Assembly: GCA_002633005.1 (NCBI GenBank) | Contig: NMRA01000557.1 | Location: forward strand, 143,679-207,678 | DNA: 64,000 nucleotides | Origin: Phoronis australis | Lineage: Eukaryota; Animalia; Phoronida | Direction: 5' to 3' | Shown here: positions 13,001-24,455 of the stretch, piece by piece | Numbering within the stretch: the first letter of the stretch is position 1 | Layout: every line of letters begins with the position of its first letter | Notes under the pieces: generated by a model | Database searches by the model: none | Seen by the model: the letters and a program-made list of their open reading frames with translations, nothing else | What the model was told of the DNA's origin: nothing | Made by a program: the position numbers and the translations under genes

Positions 13001-16000
13001 TGGCTGGAACCATACAGGGAGGGAAGACAGTGGATCAGTTTGCTTTCACCAAGGCTATGATAAAGACTTACACATGGTGAAAATCTCCATTAAATTCTGC
13101 ACAAGTTTTGTATTGACTTCCTTTCTGGTAATTTAATATTTCCCCTTCAAATTTCCAATTTAAAATTGTTAGGTCATTAGTCTGGGTGACCTCCATAACA
13201 GCTTAGTGCACAGCAGTAGTGGTGACCTACTTAGCTCAGCACACAGGGAAAGTAGTCTGAATAGAGGCTCAGCAGGATAAGGGTTAAAATTAGACAACCT
13301 CATCAAAAACTAAGATGGTGCAACTTGCCATCTCTAACTCAACCACCACTGGTAGTAGTTTCTCTAGAAACCCAAACAGTATCTCTGCCTCGCGTAGATC
13401 ATCCTCGTCAGTTTCCTGCATTGGCAGATAGCCGTCCACGGGAAAACGGAAGGGGACACCACCAAAGTTCACTCGAATGCTCTCATTCTGTGAGACGCTG
13501 AATGCTGGGAAATAGGCTACCTCCGCACCAAGTGACACGTTTGTGAATGCAGTCCCCATATTGTTTCCATTCCTATAAAAGAGGTTCGGGTTATTATTAA
13601 TCTTTACAATCATGGCCAAAAAGGAGAGACAGAGATTCCAACCTTCAATACTTGAGATTCAAGATTTTGTGGTCACTCATTAAGTCATATACTCACCAAA
13701 ACTAGTCAGAGCAGTGAATCCAAAATGATACCAGTTAAAAAGACAAGATTACCCTAGGCTCAACATTTGACATGAGCTATTGAAATAAGGTTGATCTTAC
13801 AACTGGCTTACCTGTGAAACGTAATGGTTCCTTGGTCACAGTCAATGCAACATCCGATAACATCTCCAGTCAGCCACATCTGAAAGATAGTAGCAACATA
13901 TCTCTTACTGAATAAGCAATTGAAACATAGTGAAAGTTTAGATGTTTTTCACACAGCAATAAGTCATCAAAGCTGGAAACCCAGACAATTTTTTCTGCTG
14001 ACTTTTCAAAGTCCCACAATGCTTTTTAGATCAAGAAGATTCACAAACTTGAAACTGGGATAAATCAAGTTAGCAGAGACAAAATTTCAAAATGAAGCAA
14101 CAAGTGAACTGCTTCTGGTACATCAAATGTAATTAGGAAGGCTAAGTCACAGTACTTGAGAACCAAATCAGAAACAACTTGATACAATGGACTCCACCCC
14201 AAGAAACAAAATGAAATAGTAATTTTCAAAGATGGCATCACATGGAGCTTTATTAACATCAGCAGCCCTCGAATTGGTAACATGCAAGTTGCCAATGGGA
14301 CCTCAGATGGTGTTTGGCAGCCTGGAAAAATTCCAAGTCGCAACAAACCTATGATTTAAAATCATTCCGTTTATTTCATGAGATCAATGCATTTGGCACC
14401 ACACTTAAATTGCAACAGGAACTAACACACAGAAGTCAGAATTGTTCAGCAAAAATCGGGCAAGATCGGAGAAATTTGTGTCACCAGCCCATACGGTCAT
14501 TTGAGTTCTAGGTTCGTTCGACAGTGGGAGGAATTGCGCTAGAAAATGAAAGCACACCTACATTCAGGCATTTATGGGTGAAATGATGGCGCAAAAGAAA
14601 GGGAGGTGTTTTGATTGTTTGACCTGTTTATTTGATGAACTTTTACACCAGGTCGGAAACCTCAAAATCCATTTCAGTGCCTGAGATTTTCAGTTTGGCA
14701 AACTCGAATTACATTCGGCGACCTAAGATTTTTGCCACGTCGCCAAATGCGACTTGGCACTCACCTAAGCATTAAGTGCCGATCAATACTTACACATCTT
14801 CCATAAGTATAGCACAATTTGTCAAAAAATGCATGCAGGAAAGTGCTGAATAGTTGCCAGAAACTCAAACAAGATATTTTCTTGACAAAGCAGCTCTGTA
14901 AAGAGATCAGGAATGGATGACCATTTGATAATAATACATATTTGGGTCATAAATATTTTAATTCCGACCTCTCCATATTTGTCTGTGGTCTTGTTCCACT
15001 TCCTCAGTCGATTGCCATCATACGAATAAGAGGTTACTGTGTCACCAACACCCTCCTGTGGAAAGGTACAAAACTGTAATCGGTACAGACAGGAAATCAG
15101 ACAAATCCATTAACTTGCGATTGCAGAATCTAAAGTGATAACTGGACAGAAAAAATGTAATCTACATATTTTTCAACGTTTTGTGGTGGCTTCAGATTCA
15201 ATATTTCAATAGCATCGGTTAAAGTTTACAGAGAAGAATGCATTAAAAGTGTTTTTTAAACTTTGCAGGATTTCGAGATAACTCAAGTTGTTTGACAATA
15301 TATCAAGTACAGAACTCAACACTTTCAACAATTAACCGATGTTTGAGATACCAATAAATCACATTTAAGCAATATAAGACAGGCCCAAAAACATTCAGTG
15401 AATGCACTCTACTGACCAACAAAACAGGAGAGTTAAACCACAGTGACAAATTTGAAATCCACCTCTTCTCTTTTGCAGGAGGTAGAAAAACGCACATTTT
15501 TGTAATGTAAGGCTGCTAAAAACTTCTATGACGAGTATGTGAAGACAAGAATGAATTATTACACCTCACCTAGCTCATAAAATGTTGATGTCTGCTTTAC
15601 AGTCCACTACGCAATAAACAAAACTTATTAGTTGTATCACAACTGCACGTGCACATAAATCTCAATGCAAAATCATGAAACACACAGAAACAGTGTACAA
15701 GTCTGTGTTATCCACGTGTTTCAACATGCCACCCTGACTTGTTTAGCCAGCACTTGGAACACACACGAATGGCTAACGGGTTTTGAAAAAAAAAACGCCA
15801 GCACTCCCCATTGCTAACGCAGCCATTACTGCTTCCAGTTATAGGTTTAATAACAACATTGAAATTGAATAAAGGTCATTTTTTTGTACTACAAACAGTG
15901 CAAATTAATGATTGTATATAGTATTTGCACTGCAGAGAACATCTGCCACTAACGACGAACTCGTCCTTCCAACATATTTGGGATTTTCAGCTGTGAAGAA

Positions 16001-19000
16001 CACTGGAAGGGAGCTGCAGTATGTCAGGGAGAGTATATTCCTACCTCTTGTGAGAATTTGCAGTTATTGGTGCACCAACCTAGCTGCATCACTCCCTTGG
16101 AGCCTAGCATCACTTCATACATCCATTTACCTGTGAAGAAAAGTGTTACAACATCACCATAACAACGACGTATTAATGAAGAACAATAACGTATCAAAGT
16201 TCCCAATGCCAATGCCAGAGAAGACAGTGAATGTTTAAAAACAGAAATAATAGGGAGGTTGATGTGGATGTCCATCAATGTTAAAGTGGCATGAAACCAG
16301 CTGACATTTTATGAGCAAGATTAAAGTAATATCACCATGTAGCAGGGCAGCACAACTGGTGTCCTCCCTGTGGCACTGGGGCATGAAAAGGACCCATTGA
16401 AACGTCACGCAATTTTAAATAACTTCAGATTTTTTCCCCAATTTGAGGAAAACGTTTTTCTTATAAGCCATGCCCAGGAGAGTGACTTAACTGCCTTCAT
16501 ATACTTTCTAAAGCAATTTCAAAAAATTGATAAACGAGGATTATTAATTAGACTTCAGAGAGACCACTAATATCACACGCCACAGTAATGCTAGTATTGC
16601 ATAACAATGTGGTAATTCTGACACCTTACCTCTGAATACGCAAACGTTTGCCCTTAGAGTGCTAAAATTACCAAGACCCGTGGCCTGTAAAAAGAAATTG
16701 ATTTTTCATTTGACATTGACAAAATCACCTCTTAAGAACAGACATGTTCTTATCTCAAAAGGCAAATTCTTATTTCAAACGTCCATCCTTCAAATATGTG
16801 GTTCCAGTGCTTTTCCGTCATTTTTGCTGCACCAGTTTGTAAAGAGCCTTACGAGTGGCTGCCAGTAAAGTTTGATTACATCATTAATCAGAAATTCAAC
16901 AATCGCTAGAAGCATCAATCAACAGTTGTTAAACACTCACACTGGCCACCAGTTGAATTCCTCACAACCAATGTGACTGACTGCCAGTCATGTTGGCATG
17001 AGACTTCGCCAATACCAAGCCTATTGACAACGAGACAGTTCTGTATGAAGCGCATTATGCAATCATGTGTCATCGAAAAAAGAAGTAATGGTTAATACTC
17101 ACTCCCAGTCGGTCTGCATCTACGATCACTGAACCAGTGTTTTTAGTAATGTCTATGGACACCAGGTCTGGTCCAAGAATTCCCCCGCGAGCACCAGAGG
17201 CCGACACTGCATGTGAACATCCAACAAGACATGTAAGTGCAAAAATAGCAAACGCACAGCTTGTCAGTATTATGAAAGGACTCATGACATCTAGGAGTTG
17301 AAAAGTAGGGGTCCGAACGTGAGAAATTGACACTCGCCATAAGTGGGGATTCAATATGAGATCATTCTAACATCATAGAAAACCATGACATGACTGCAAG
17401 CAATTGCCGATCATCAGTGTTGTATATTATAGGACTTGATCTTACAACATCCCAATCGCGACTCCACCTTCATCCAATTTCAACTTCTGAATACAAAGAC
17501 CAGTTGGGGCTAAGGAACACGAACTGTAGTTTCATTCTTCCATTGATATTTTTTGTACGGTTTTAACGAGTCTCTTAATATACCAGAATGGCAACATGAA
17601 AACACTGGACCACTGACTTTGGATCACAGCTCAACTCACACATGAACTGACAGTGACACTGGAACAATTTTTAACAAAATATTCAAAACTGTAAATTCAA
17701 ATGTCATCCAATACTTCTAGAAGGCTATTCTCGTAAAGCCCATAATCTGCCCGTATGAAACAAAAAAATTATCAGGCTGATGTTAACTCGATGAACCAAG
17801 TGATTACGGAAAAGAAAGTTTTAAAGTCCACATACCATCTCCACTCAGTGGTTTGCGCAGAATTTCATCAATTTCTGATTCTATCGTCTGAAGACTGGAC
17901 AGTTTCCTGGAAACATAGGTACATGTATAGAAATCTGAGAGCTCCTAATGGATAACAAATGAAATACGTTAAGAAAAGATTAAAATCAAAATTCTGGGGA
18001 ACACCAATTTAAAAGTGATTAGTATAATTTAAAAACATTAAATTTTAATTAATTCCCAGCATATGTCATGTGTGTCGGAAGGCAAGTTTATGATCAGTTT
18101 AAATTAATCACTGAAAGGTAACTTACTTTTCCAAGGGGCCTGGATCATACCAGCAAAAAACTGTTTTCAGCAAATGATTTGTATATGAATCTGAAATGAA
18201 GAAATTTGACATCCCACAATAAATAAGCATTTTACAATGAAGAATGTCGGAGGTTTTTAGAAAGAGATTTGTGCTCAATAGTAGAGAATAACAAACATTG
18301 CGTCATAAATACTCAAAATAGTGTACAATATTCAGGATTCAGGACTATATCTGCTAAGTGCAACCGTAACTGTGTGCAGCAGCTCCTTAATTCAATTTAA
18401 TACCTTATGAAATGCTGTCTTAGGGAACATCCAGGCGTTCATTCGCTGAGACCAACGCTAGGACCTAGCAAAAATCTAGCCAAAATCACGTGATCTTATT
18501 TAAAATACATGATAATATTTCACATAATCTTGAGTGGAGGATTGTCTATTCATTGAGATGTTTTCATTGTGGAAATGAATATTATTTTCAACTTTTATCA
18601 ATGGAGGATTTACAGGGGAGCCAAGGCCCCCCTAAAATTATCCTAGATTCCATTTGGCAGTTCGGGGGTGCAAATCTTGGCTAATACTCTCCCCTGCCCC
18701 ACCCCCCTAACTCAAAATCCTGGATCTGCCCTTGTTTGTAACCAGTTTAAAAAATCATCCAATTTAGGGTCTAAATAGCACTTTTTTCTGTGAAATCAAA
18801 ACGAAGAAACGCTGTACAAATAACAAAATGAGAAAGAGACAGAGATTGAATGCATTAAAACGAAACCGTAACACAATTACATTGTCACACTTTGCTTCAG
18901 GTAACATCTCGTCCCATGCCAAGGTATATCCCATACTAGGTAACTTATAGTACAGCTAAATCACAATCAAGGTCCATATTCACAGTTGACTGTGTTACGG

Positions 19001-22000
19001 GATAAAATAATTTTTTTGGTCACTTACCAAATGCCAACTGGATCTCATTATGCAAAAAGTTATTTAGTTGTGCAAATTAAAAAAAGAATAATCAAAATCG
19101 GACAATGTTAGAGAAATTTATGTATGTTTGGTCTATGAATTTCATGCATTTTTAGCGTTACGAATGGCCATTTTAAAAATAACAACTTTCAACTGTCAAG
19201 AGTAAAAAAGAAATTTATTTTATCAAGCAAGCAATTATTTAGATATGACTGGGAATAACTTGAGTCACTTTCAGAGTCCATTAGATGAAGTTGTGCTTAA
19301 TCACTGAGAAATGGTAGTGTCCATAATAAAACATGCATTCGTTATGAAATTTGTAAATTTTGTGTTTCTAACCCTCACCTACCGTAAAGAAGGTTAAAAA
19401 CTAAAGTTCACACTCTGTAACGAAAAAACTGCAAAATATGTCAGCCTAGGCAACACAGCAAATTATTCAATATCTAAACAAACCAAAAGTTTGGATATTG
19501 AATGGGATCTACTATGTTGAAAATGGACCAAAAAGGCTAACAAAATGTAGTGTACGTACCCCTATGAGGAATTCAGTAATACAAAAGACCATTGCAAATG
19601 AAATTATTGCCATTTAAGTAACAACATGGTGCTTATTATCACCAAAGAAAAATAAATGACCATACAACATTATGTTACCATGTGATGCAGAAACAGTGAT
19701 GTAGTGTACGTACTCCCTCTTGTAGTGTACGTATCCCTATGTTTACAAATGCCATGAAATTGAAATATCACTTGGTAAGTGAGCAACATTGGTCATAGAC
19801 AGTTTCCAACCTTAAAAGTGTTAGGTTAAAAGAGTGTTTATTGCCAATACATTTGTTTTGAGTGAAATATTAGCATCTGTGTAGTGTACGTACCCCCATA
19901 TTTTAATTTGTGGCTATTTTCAAAGTATGGCAAATATGCACATGAATGCTTTGCATTTAATTTTTTCTCTTTGAACTAATTTAGTAAATCAACTAACTCT
20001 CAGTAGTTTCTTAAAAATTAGTCACAAACCTGACATTTCATTGAAATGTAGTGCACATACCCCCGTGTAGTGTACGTACCCCCATGTGAATAAATACCAT
20101 GAAACAAAAATATTACACGGTACGTAAGCAACACTAACACAGACAGCTTCCTCCATTAAAAATGCTACGTTAAAAGGGTGTTAACTACAAATACATTTGT
20201 TTTGAGTGAAATTTCAGCATTTGTGTAGTGTACGTACCCCTTTATTTTAACATGTGCCTGCTTTCAAAGAATGACAGACAGATTATGTACTTTTTATTTG
20301 TTCTCTTTGAATATTGGTAAATGAACTAACTCTCAGTAGATTTTAGATATTTTTATAAACCTGAAAGTCATTGAAATGTAGTGTATGTACCCCTGTGTAG
20401 TGTACGTACCTTCAACCTGTGTTATAAAGTATTACCCACAAGAATTTTAACATACAGCTGCAGTTCTCATGAACAATACTGATATTTCCAAAATGAATAC
20501 AGTCTGACAAAAAACAATGGACATTATCAAATTTGTGGACAATAAAATGCCACACAGGACTTGGCTAGTACTGAAAATCCTAGAAGACACGTCATGTGAC
20601 AACTGATGTTGCAGAGGCAGGTTCTCTATCTCTCAAGACAACTTCAACTTGTAACAAACCAACAAGTAGAGGCAGCACAAAACTCGAGACCATCCCATAC
20701 ATGTGTAACTTAGTCAAAATTTGACGTTGATTGACTGTGCATAGTGTACGTACCCCCAACCAGTACCATTTTTTACTGTTGACAAGTGGAACACTGGGCC
20801 TACATGTAGCATTGCTTTACTAACAAGTTTGACCAACTGGTGAATGTATCGAAAACTAGGCAAATAGCACCAATAAAGTTTTTGAAAAAGTAGTTACTTG
20901 TCATTTGCTTTTTGTAAGAATCATATTGCAAAAGAAAGAAGTTCTCATTATACTGTGTTAAGATATGCAATGTATCATCATCTAGATAAACTTGACCAGC
21001 ACGGTAATAACTTTTCTTATTTTAGTATGTAATACTTCTTCAATTCAATCAAAAACTTATTAAATTAACATCTACCTTATCAATTTTTGCACGGTAGAAG
21101 TGGGTTGTGACTACAAGTTGTAGTGTACGTACCCTTTTATACAACTGTGATGCATTAGGCCATAAAATTTTATTGGGTGGTTCTTGTGCAAAAATATTTT
21201 AGATTACAAACTTGGAGTGATGGTACTTGAAAATAACCCAGCTTTTACAATTATACTCGGGAACCCAATGGTCATCCGCCTAAGCATAAAACCGGCTTGT
21301 TGTTGTACTCACCCAATTATTCCACTTCAAAGTTATGCTCTGAATAGGATTTGATTTAACTCTCACAAATATGTAGTATTCTTTGATCCAAAAGTTTACT
21401 TTTATTTATGCGGAGTTGTTTCAACAGTGCATTGCTTTTCGGCAGCCATTTTATAATGACTCCTCTGGTTGTCATATATACTGCCGTATTTTGAAAGAAC
21501 AAAAATCTACGCAGAAAAAGGCCAAGAAAATAGTGGAAAGTGGTTCACAGCAATTCTAGTTCAACCACAAGCTGTTTTACTGGTATGATATCTATTTTTA
21601 AATCGGTTAAAATTGATTCAGAATTTCAGTTTTGGAAAATAAATTGCGATTGTTTTATTCCAGATAGACCTTACTTATTTTCCATTTGTGTCCTCTTTAT
21701 TTGACTTTTTGCTCTTGTGGTTCTTAATACCACTTATCTCTGCTGTCTTTCTTTTTCTTTTCAGTTTTTCTTCATTCTCTGCTAACACCTTTCCAGCCAA
21801 AACAAAACTGTAACCCTTTGAGAGTTGGTCGGCAGAAGTTGATCATTGAACCTTGATGTAGTTGTTCTAATAAATTACCCAATATCATATTGTTTGATTT
21901 TTTCTCACCTTCAACAAACTTCTGAAATCGTAAATCAATAAATAAATACTCAAGTTGCACTTGCATTTTATTGCTCAATCTCTTCTTTTGTTTTTGATTA

Positions 22001-24148
22001 TGTCATGCAGTAGTAAAATCTACAAGTTTTTAAGTGGTCTCAAGAAACAGTTGGTAAATGCTTTAATTTTAGTCTCAGTTCTTCCATGCGTGTTTCTCCC
22101 GAGAGGTTGGTACCTAACGTGCAGACGAGCACTCCAGATTGGAACGCTAAGTCCCACTTGGCTGCGCTGCACGTAAAAGAAGATGGCGGACGACCATTGG
22201 AGCCTGCCGACGATAGGTATCCCGACTATATATGACAACCTTCAATTCTCGGCACTAGTCGGATATAATGGACCCTAACTTATTCAAAGTAAATCCACTA
22301 AATTTAGGTCTAAATGAATGATTTTGGTATCGTTGCCTGGCTATCCGAACAAATCCTTTCCACGAGCCTCAAATACTCTAGTCTATAACTACGCTATTCC
22401 GAACTCGGTCCACTTTAGCCACGCGCATCGTGAAATCGGCAGCCATTTCAAGGAACTTACTATATTTAGTGCTATCTATCGGCGATTTGCTACAACAGTC
22501 AACGTCATTGGTCGATTTCGTCAATTATTAACGTCATCGTTATTAATCATCGTTACGTCTGCTCTCGTCATCACCTTCGTCGTCTCTCTCACGATTGTAT
22601 CTGTCATCGTCATGTTATCGTCATTCATGTTGACTGATGAAAAAGGAACAGTGCGTGCTGTAGCAAATCGCCGATGGATGGCGCTAAACATAGTAAGTTC
22701 CCTGAAATGGCTGCCGATTTCACGATGCGCGTAAAGTGGACAGAGTTCGCAATGGCGTAGTTATAAACTAGAGTAATTGAGGGTCGTGAAAAGGATTTGT
22801 ATGGATAGCCAGATGTCTGAGGAAGGCAATGATACCAAAATCATTTATTTAGACCTACATTTAGTGGATTTATTTGGAATAAGTTATGGACCATTATATC
22901 CGACTAGTGCCCATTTCTAACCTAAAGTGGCCACCGAATATAGAGCTTGATTGTGATTTGGCCGAGCAACAGTTTTTGGGACGTATCACCACCTAGCTTC
23001 TACATAGGTGATAGAGTCAATATTGAACTTGACACAACTGGGGGGAGGGTGCACTGTGTACATTGACTCCCGTTCTAACTGTACACTAGGCAATGACCAT
23101 CGCCTCTGTTGGCCCGAACCAGAGGCGATGCAGAGGCTATAGGTGCTCTGTACGCCGGAAGCTTTTCGGCGAATTATGCCTCGCACCGACTAAACCATCA
23201 AAGTCACGTTGTTATAAATACCTTTTGCGTATAGAGGAACACCTGAGGAGGTTGTCGATGTGTTTAATTCCTTCCAACTCGAACAAATACTCCCATTATC
23301 AAACTTTTTCTTTGAGCAGTCCCTATTTCAGTTCCCAAAATCGTGAAATCAACTTTTTCATTTTTTAACCAGGCCGAAGGTCAGAAGTTGCGGACCTACC
23401 GGCGAACTTTGAAAACTGAAGTTCCCGCCCTTCGCGTACGTGCTGCCGGGAACCAGCCGTGCATTTGCCGTGTTGTTAAACATTAAAATGTCAAATATGT
23501 GCACAAAGACTGTTAAATGTCATATGAACAGCATTTATTTTTATCAAATACAAACAATAATTCATTGAAATACAAACAGTTTCAAGTAACGCCAATTAAA
23601 GACAAGTTTAAGTGGTGGCATTTTGGAAACGAACATTTGACTGACAAGACCGCAATGGCTCACCTTTGGCCTATTTAAAAATTATTGAGGTTACGAAGTC
23701 ACATCACCTAGCGAGCGCGGTAAAAATTGGAGCGTGCGCAGTACAAAAATTTTGATTTCACGATTTTGGGAACTGAAATAGGGACTGATCGAAGAAAAAG
23801 TTTCATAACGGGAGTATTTGTTCGAGTTGGATGGACTTAAACACATCGACAACCTCCTAAGGTGTTCCTCTATGCGCAAAAGGTATTTATAACAACGTGA
23901 CTTTGATGGTTTAGTCGGTGCGAGGCATAATTCGCCGAAAAGCTTCCGGCGTACAGAGCGCCTATAGCCTCTGCATCGCCTCTGGTTCGGGCCAACAGAG
24001 GCGATGGTCATTGCCTAACCGTATACAGACTAACTGACCAGTCCCAGGTTTTGGGATTCCATATAAATTCCACAAACTTACCGACTACATTAGTAATTTC
24101 GTCAGCTCTTTCAGATGGAAGTGATGGTTTGCTCCCGCCAGTGGCCAT
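911..24148 (-). CDS. RNF123: E3 ubiquitin-protein ligase RNF123 (KPC1), 5' 22 coding exons; gene continues beyond window start
   Basis: 22 exons splice in consistent phase to 746 codons. SPRY domain ([67 protein letters not shown]) followed by blocks I recall from human RNF123 ([56 protein letters not shown]). RING domain lies outside the window. Confidence 0.95.
1426..1518 (-). CDS. RNF123: RNF123 exon 21 ([31 protein letters not shown])
   Basis: EY...L.DTE.K block; GTGAGA donor. Confidence 0.88.
1893..2035 (-). CDS. RNF123: RNF123 exon 20 (...[23 protein letters not shown])
   Basis: LLE.LDG....YN.S.H.QL.K block. Confidence 0.9.
2281..2370 (-). CDS. RNF123: RNF123 exon 19 ([29 protein letters not shown])
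   Basis: Symmetric phase 1/1, good splice sites, low-conservation linker; could be a cassette exon. Confidence 0.7.
3081..3185 (-). CDS. RNF123: RNF123 exon 18 (...[18 protein letters not shown]...)
   Basis: RLGGL.SHLRK block. Confidence 0.93.
3633..3738 (-). CDS. RNF123: RNF123 exon 17 (...[16 protein letters not shown]...)
   Basis: CF.HR block; GTGAGT donor. Confidence 0.9.
4783..4857 (-). CDS. RNF123: RNF123 exon 16 ([25 protein letters not shown])
   Basis: [13 protein letters not shown] block. Confidence 0.93.
4921..5130. repeat. G-rich polypurine low-complexity tract
   Basis: GGGA/GGAG runs. Confidence 0.8.
5505..5660 (-). CDS. RNF123: RNF123 exon 15 (KEDT...[20 protein letters not shown])
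   Basis: E.LQV..LKLLL.N block; phase 0/0. Confidence 0.9.
5856..5961 (-). CDS. RNF123: RNF123 exon 14 ([14 protein letters not shown]...[13 protein letters not shown])
   Basis: Preceded by TCCTTAAC branch site and AC acceptor; GTGAGT donor. Confidence 0.9.
5962..6742 (-). other. U12-type (minor spliceosome) AT-AC intron in RNF123
   Basis: Donor ATATCCTTTT at 6742, branch TCCTTAAC at 5977-5970, AC acceptor at 5963-5962; splicing restores ENI-LFD in frame. Confidence 0.93.
6743..6816 (-). CDS. RNF123: RNF123 exon 13 ([24 protein letters not shown])
   Basis: YLRL...LRHEK block; followed by U12 donor ATATCCTTT. Confidence 0.9.
6989..7247. mobile_element. Degenerate MITE
   Basis: GGGGCCCATTCCAAGAAA versus TTTCTTGGAACAGGTGTCC imperfect TIRs. 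Confidence 0.45.
7913..8005 (-). CDS. RNF123: RNF123 exon 12 ([21 protein letters not shown]...)
   Basis: Fits the CL...SLL..YRF block; canonical sites. Confidence 0.88.
8370..9790. mobile_element. hAT-like non-autonomous DNA transposon with 5-bp TSD
   Basis: TIRs CAGGGCTCGAC / GTCGAGCCCTG, CATGG on both flanks, subterminal GCGACCTG/GCGAGCTG repeats at both ends. Confidence 0.85.
10154..10279 (-). CDS. RNF123: RNF123 exon 11 ([10 protein letters not shown]...LWTFLQ)
   Basis: Phase 0/0; fits the YLVE...LWLFME block. Confidence 0.88.
11248..11364 (-). CDS. RNF123: RNF123 exon 10 (...[14 protein letters not shown])
   Basis: Conserved AHIFH..APLL; GTAAGT donor. Confidence 0.9.
11838..11885. 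repeat. (GT)n microsatellite, imperfect
   Basis: Direct reading. Confidence 0.85.
12004..12075. repeat. 16-bp minisatellite, about 4.5 copies
   Basis: Unit CAGACATGCACCCAYC. Confidence 0.85.
12694..13283. mobile_element. piggyBac-type non-autonomous element
   Basis: TIRs CCCTTATCCTGC / GCAGGATAAGGG flanked by TTAA on both sides. Confidence 0.85.
13329..13572 (-). CDS. RNF123: RNF123 exon 9 (NGNNMGTAF...VVELEM)
   Basis: SPRY C-terminus inside ORF 13290..13619; the 3' boundary assumes the GC donor ATG|GCAAGT. Confidence 0.88.
13812..13879 (-). CDS. RNF123: RNF123 exon 8 ([22 protein letters not shown])
   Basis: SPRY GDVIGC motif; canonical splice sites. Confidence 0.95.
14263..14760. mobile_element. 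Degenerate relative of the hAT-like element
   Basis: Starts CAGCCCTCGA; GCGACCT-type motifs near both ends; right TIR not found. Confidence 0.4.
14969..15055 (-). CDS. RNF123: RNF123 exon 7 ([29 protein letters not shown])
   Basis: SPRY GVGD/YDG motif. Confidence 0.95.
16045..16130 (-). CDS. RNF123: RNF123 exon 6 ([29 protein letters not shown])
   Basis: SPRY core; canonical splice sites. Confidence 0.95.
16630..16684 (-). CDS. RNF123: RNF123 exon 5 ([18 protein letters not shown])
   Basis: SPRY N-terminal motif NFxTxR; canonical splice sites. Confidence 0.92.
17103..17206 (-). CDS. RNF123: RNF123 exon 4 ([27 protein letters not shown])
   Basis: Resembles the RLGPSTVVLD...DDDLLG block; GTGAGT donor. 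Confidence 0.9.
17836..17906 (-). CDS. RNF123: RNF123 exon 3 ([24 protein letters not shown])
   Basis: ttccag acceptor, GTATGT donor, phases 2/1. Confidence 0.8.
18127..18190 (-). CDS. RNF123: RNF123 exon 2 ([21 protein letters not shown])
   Basis: ttcag acceptor, GTAAGT donor, phases 1/2. Confidence 0.8.
19540..21135 (+). repeat. Array of 11 same-orientation GTAGTGTACGTACCC-like motifs, including a degenerate tandem duplication of about 340 bp
   Basis: Motif near 19547, 19699, 19722, 19881, 20048, 20067, 20226, 20378, 20397, 20741, 21120; 19720-20060 resembles 20065-20410. Confidence 0.75.
22251..22911. mobile_element. Foldback MITE with inverted arms of about 245 bp
   Basis: GGCACTAGTCGGATATAATGG... 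is the reverse complement of ...CCATTATATCCGACTAGTGCC; arms align throughout; (TCG/TCA)-rich spacer. Confidence 0.85.
23089..24015. mobile_element. Foldback MITE with inverted arms of about 270 bp and TA flanks
   Basis: GGCAATGACCATCGCC...GGCGATGGTCATTGCC; mirror ORFs 23093+ and 23691- are near-identical; TA on both sides. Confidence 0.88.
24082..24148 (-). CDS. RNF123: RNF123 exon 1 ([22 protein letters not shown])
   Basis: ATG in AAGATGGCC context, GTAAGT donor, phase 1 fits exon 2. Confidence 0.75.
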
Positions 24149-24260
24149 CTTCAGAGCTTATTCTGCAAAACTTAGCGTATTATTTTAACCTGCGTCTTTC
24201 ATTATTGGCACGTACTCCTTCCCGAGAGGACAGGAAGAAGCAAGACCGGAAATACTACGG
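24140..24260 (-). promoter_or_regulatory. Probable RNF123 proximal promoter/5' UTR
   Basis: YY1-like AAGATGGC overlapping the ATG; ETS-like CCGGAAAT near 24246; no TATA box seen. Confidence 0.4.
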
Positions 24261-24332
24261 TTTATTTTTGTTCTGAGATAAACGAGAATTCGATCTATTT
24301 ATCAGCAACCGCCTGATTTTAATGACAGAGAA

Positions 24333-24455
24333 CAGTGGCGGAGCTAGGATATCACAAGAGGGCCCAACATTTTGTCTGTAAGCATTTGCGCAAAGCACGA
24401 TTGTAGATGCGTATAGCACCGAATGGGGGCCAAAGTCGGGAGGGGGGTTTTCCCC
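24333..24455 (+). repeat. CAGTGGCGG-type MITE end; inverted copy at about 53905-54033
   Basis: Shared CTAGGAT.TCACAAG.GGGCCCAACATTTTGTC...ATTGTAGATGCG.ATAGCACCGAATGGGGG. Confidence 0.7.

Noticed and set aside
22178-22222. AAGATGGCGGAC with a downstream GT, like a plus-strand first exon
   Set aside because: No downstream exons found; it sits among transposon remnants, antisense within RNF123 intron 1
23093-24011. Two near-identical ORFs on opposite strands
   Set aside because: They are the two arms of a foldback MITE
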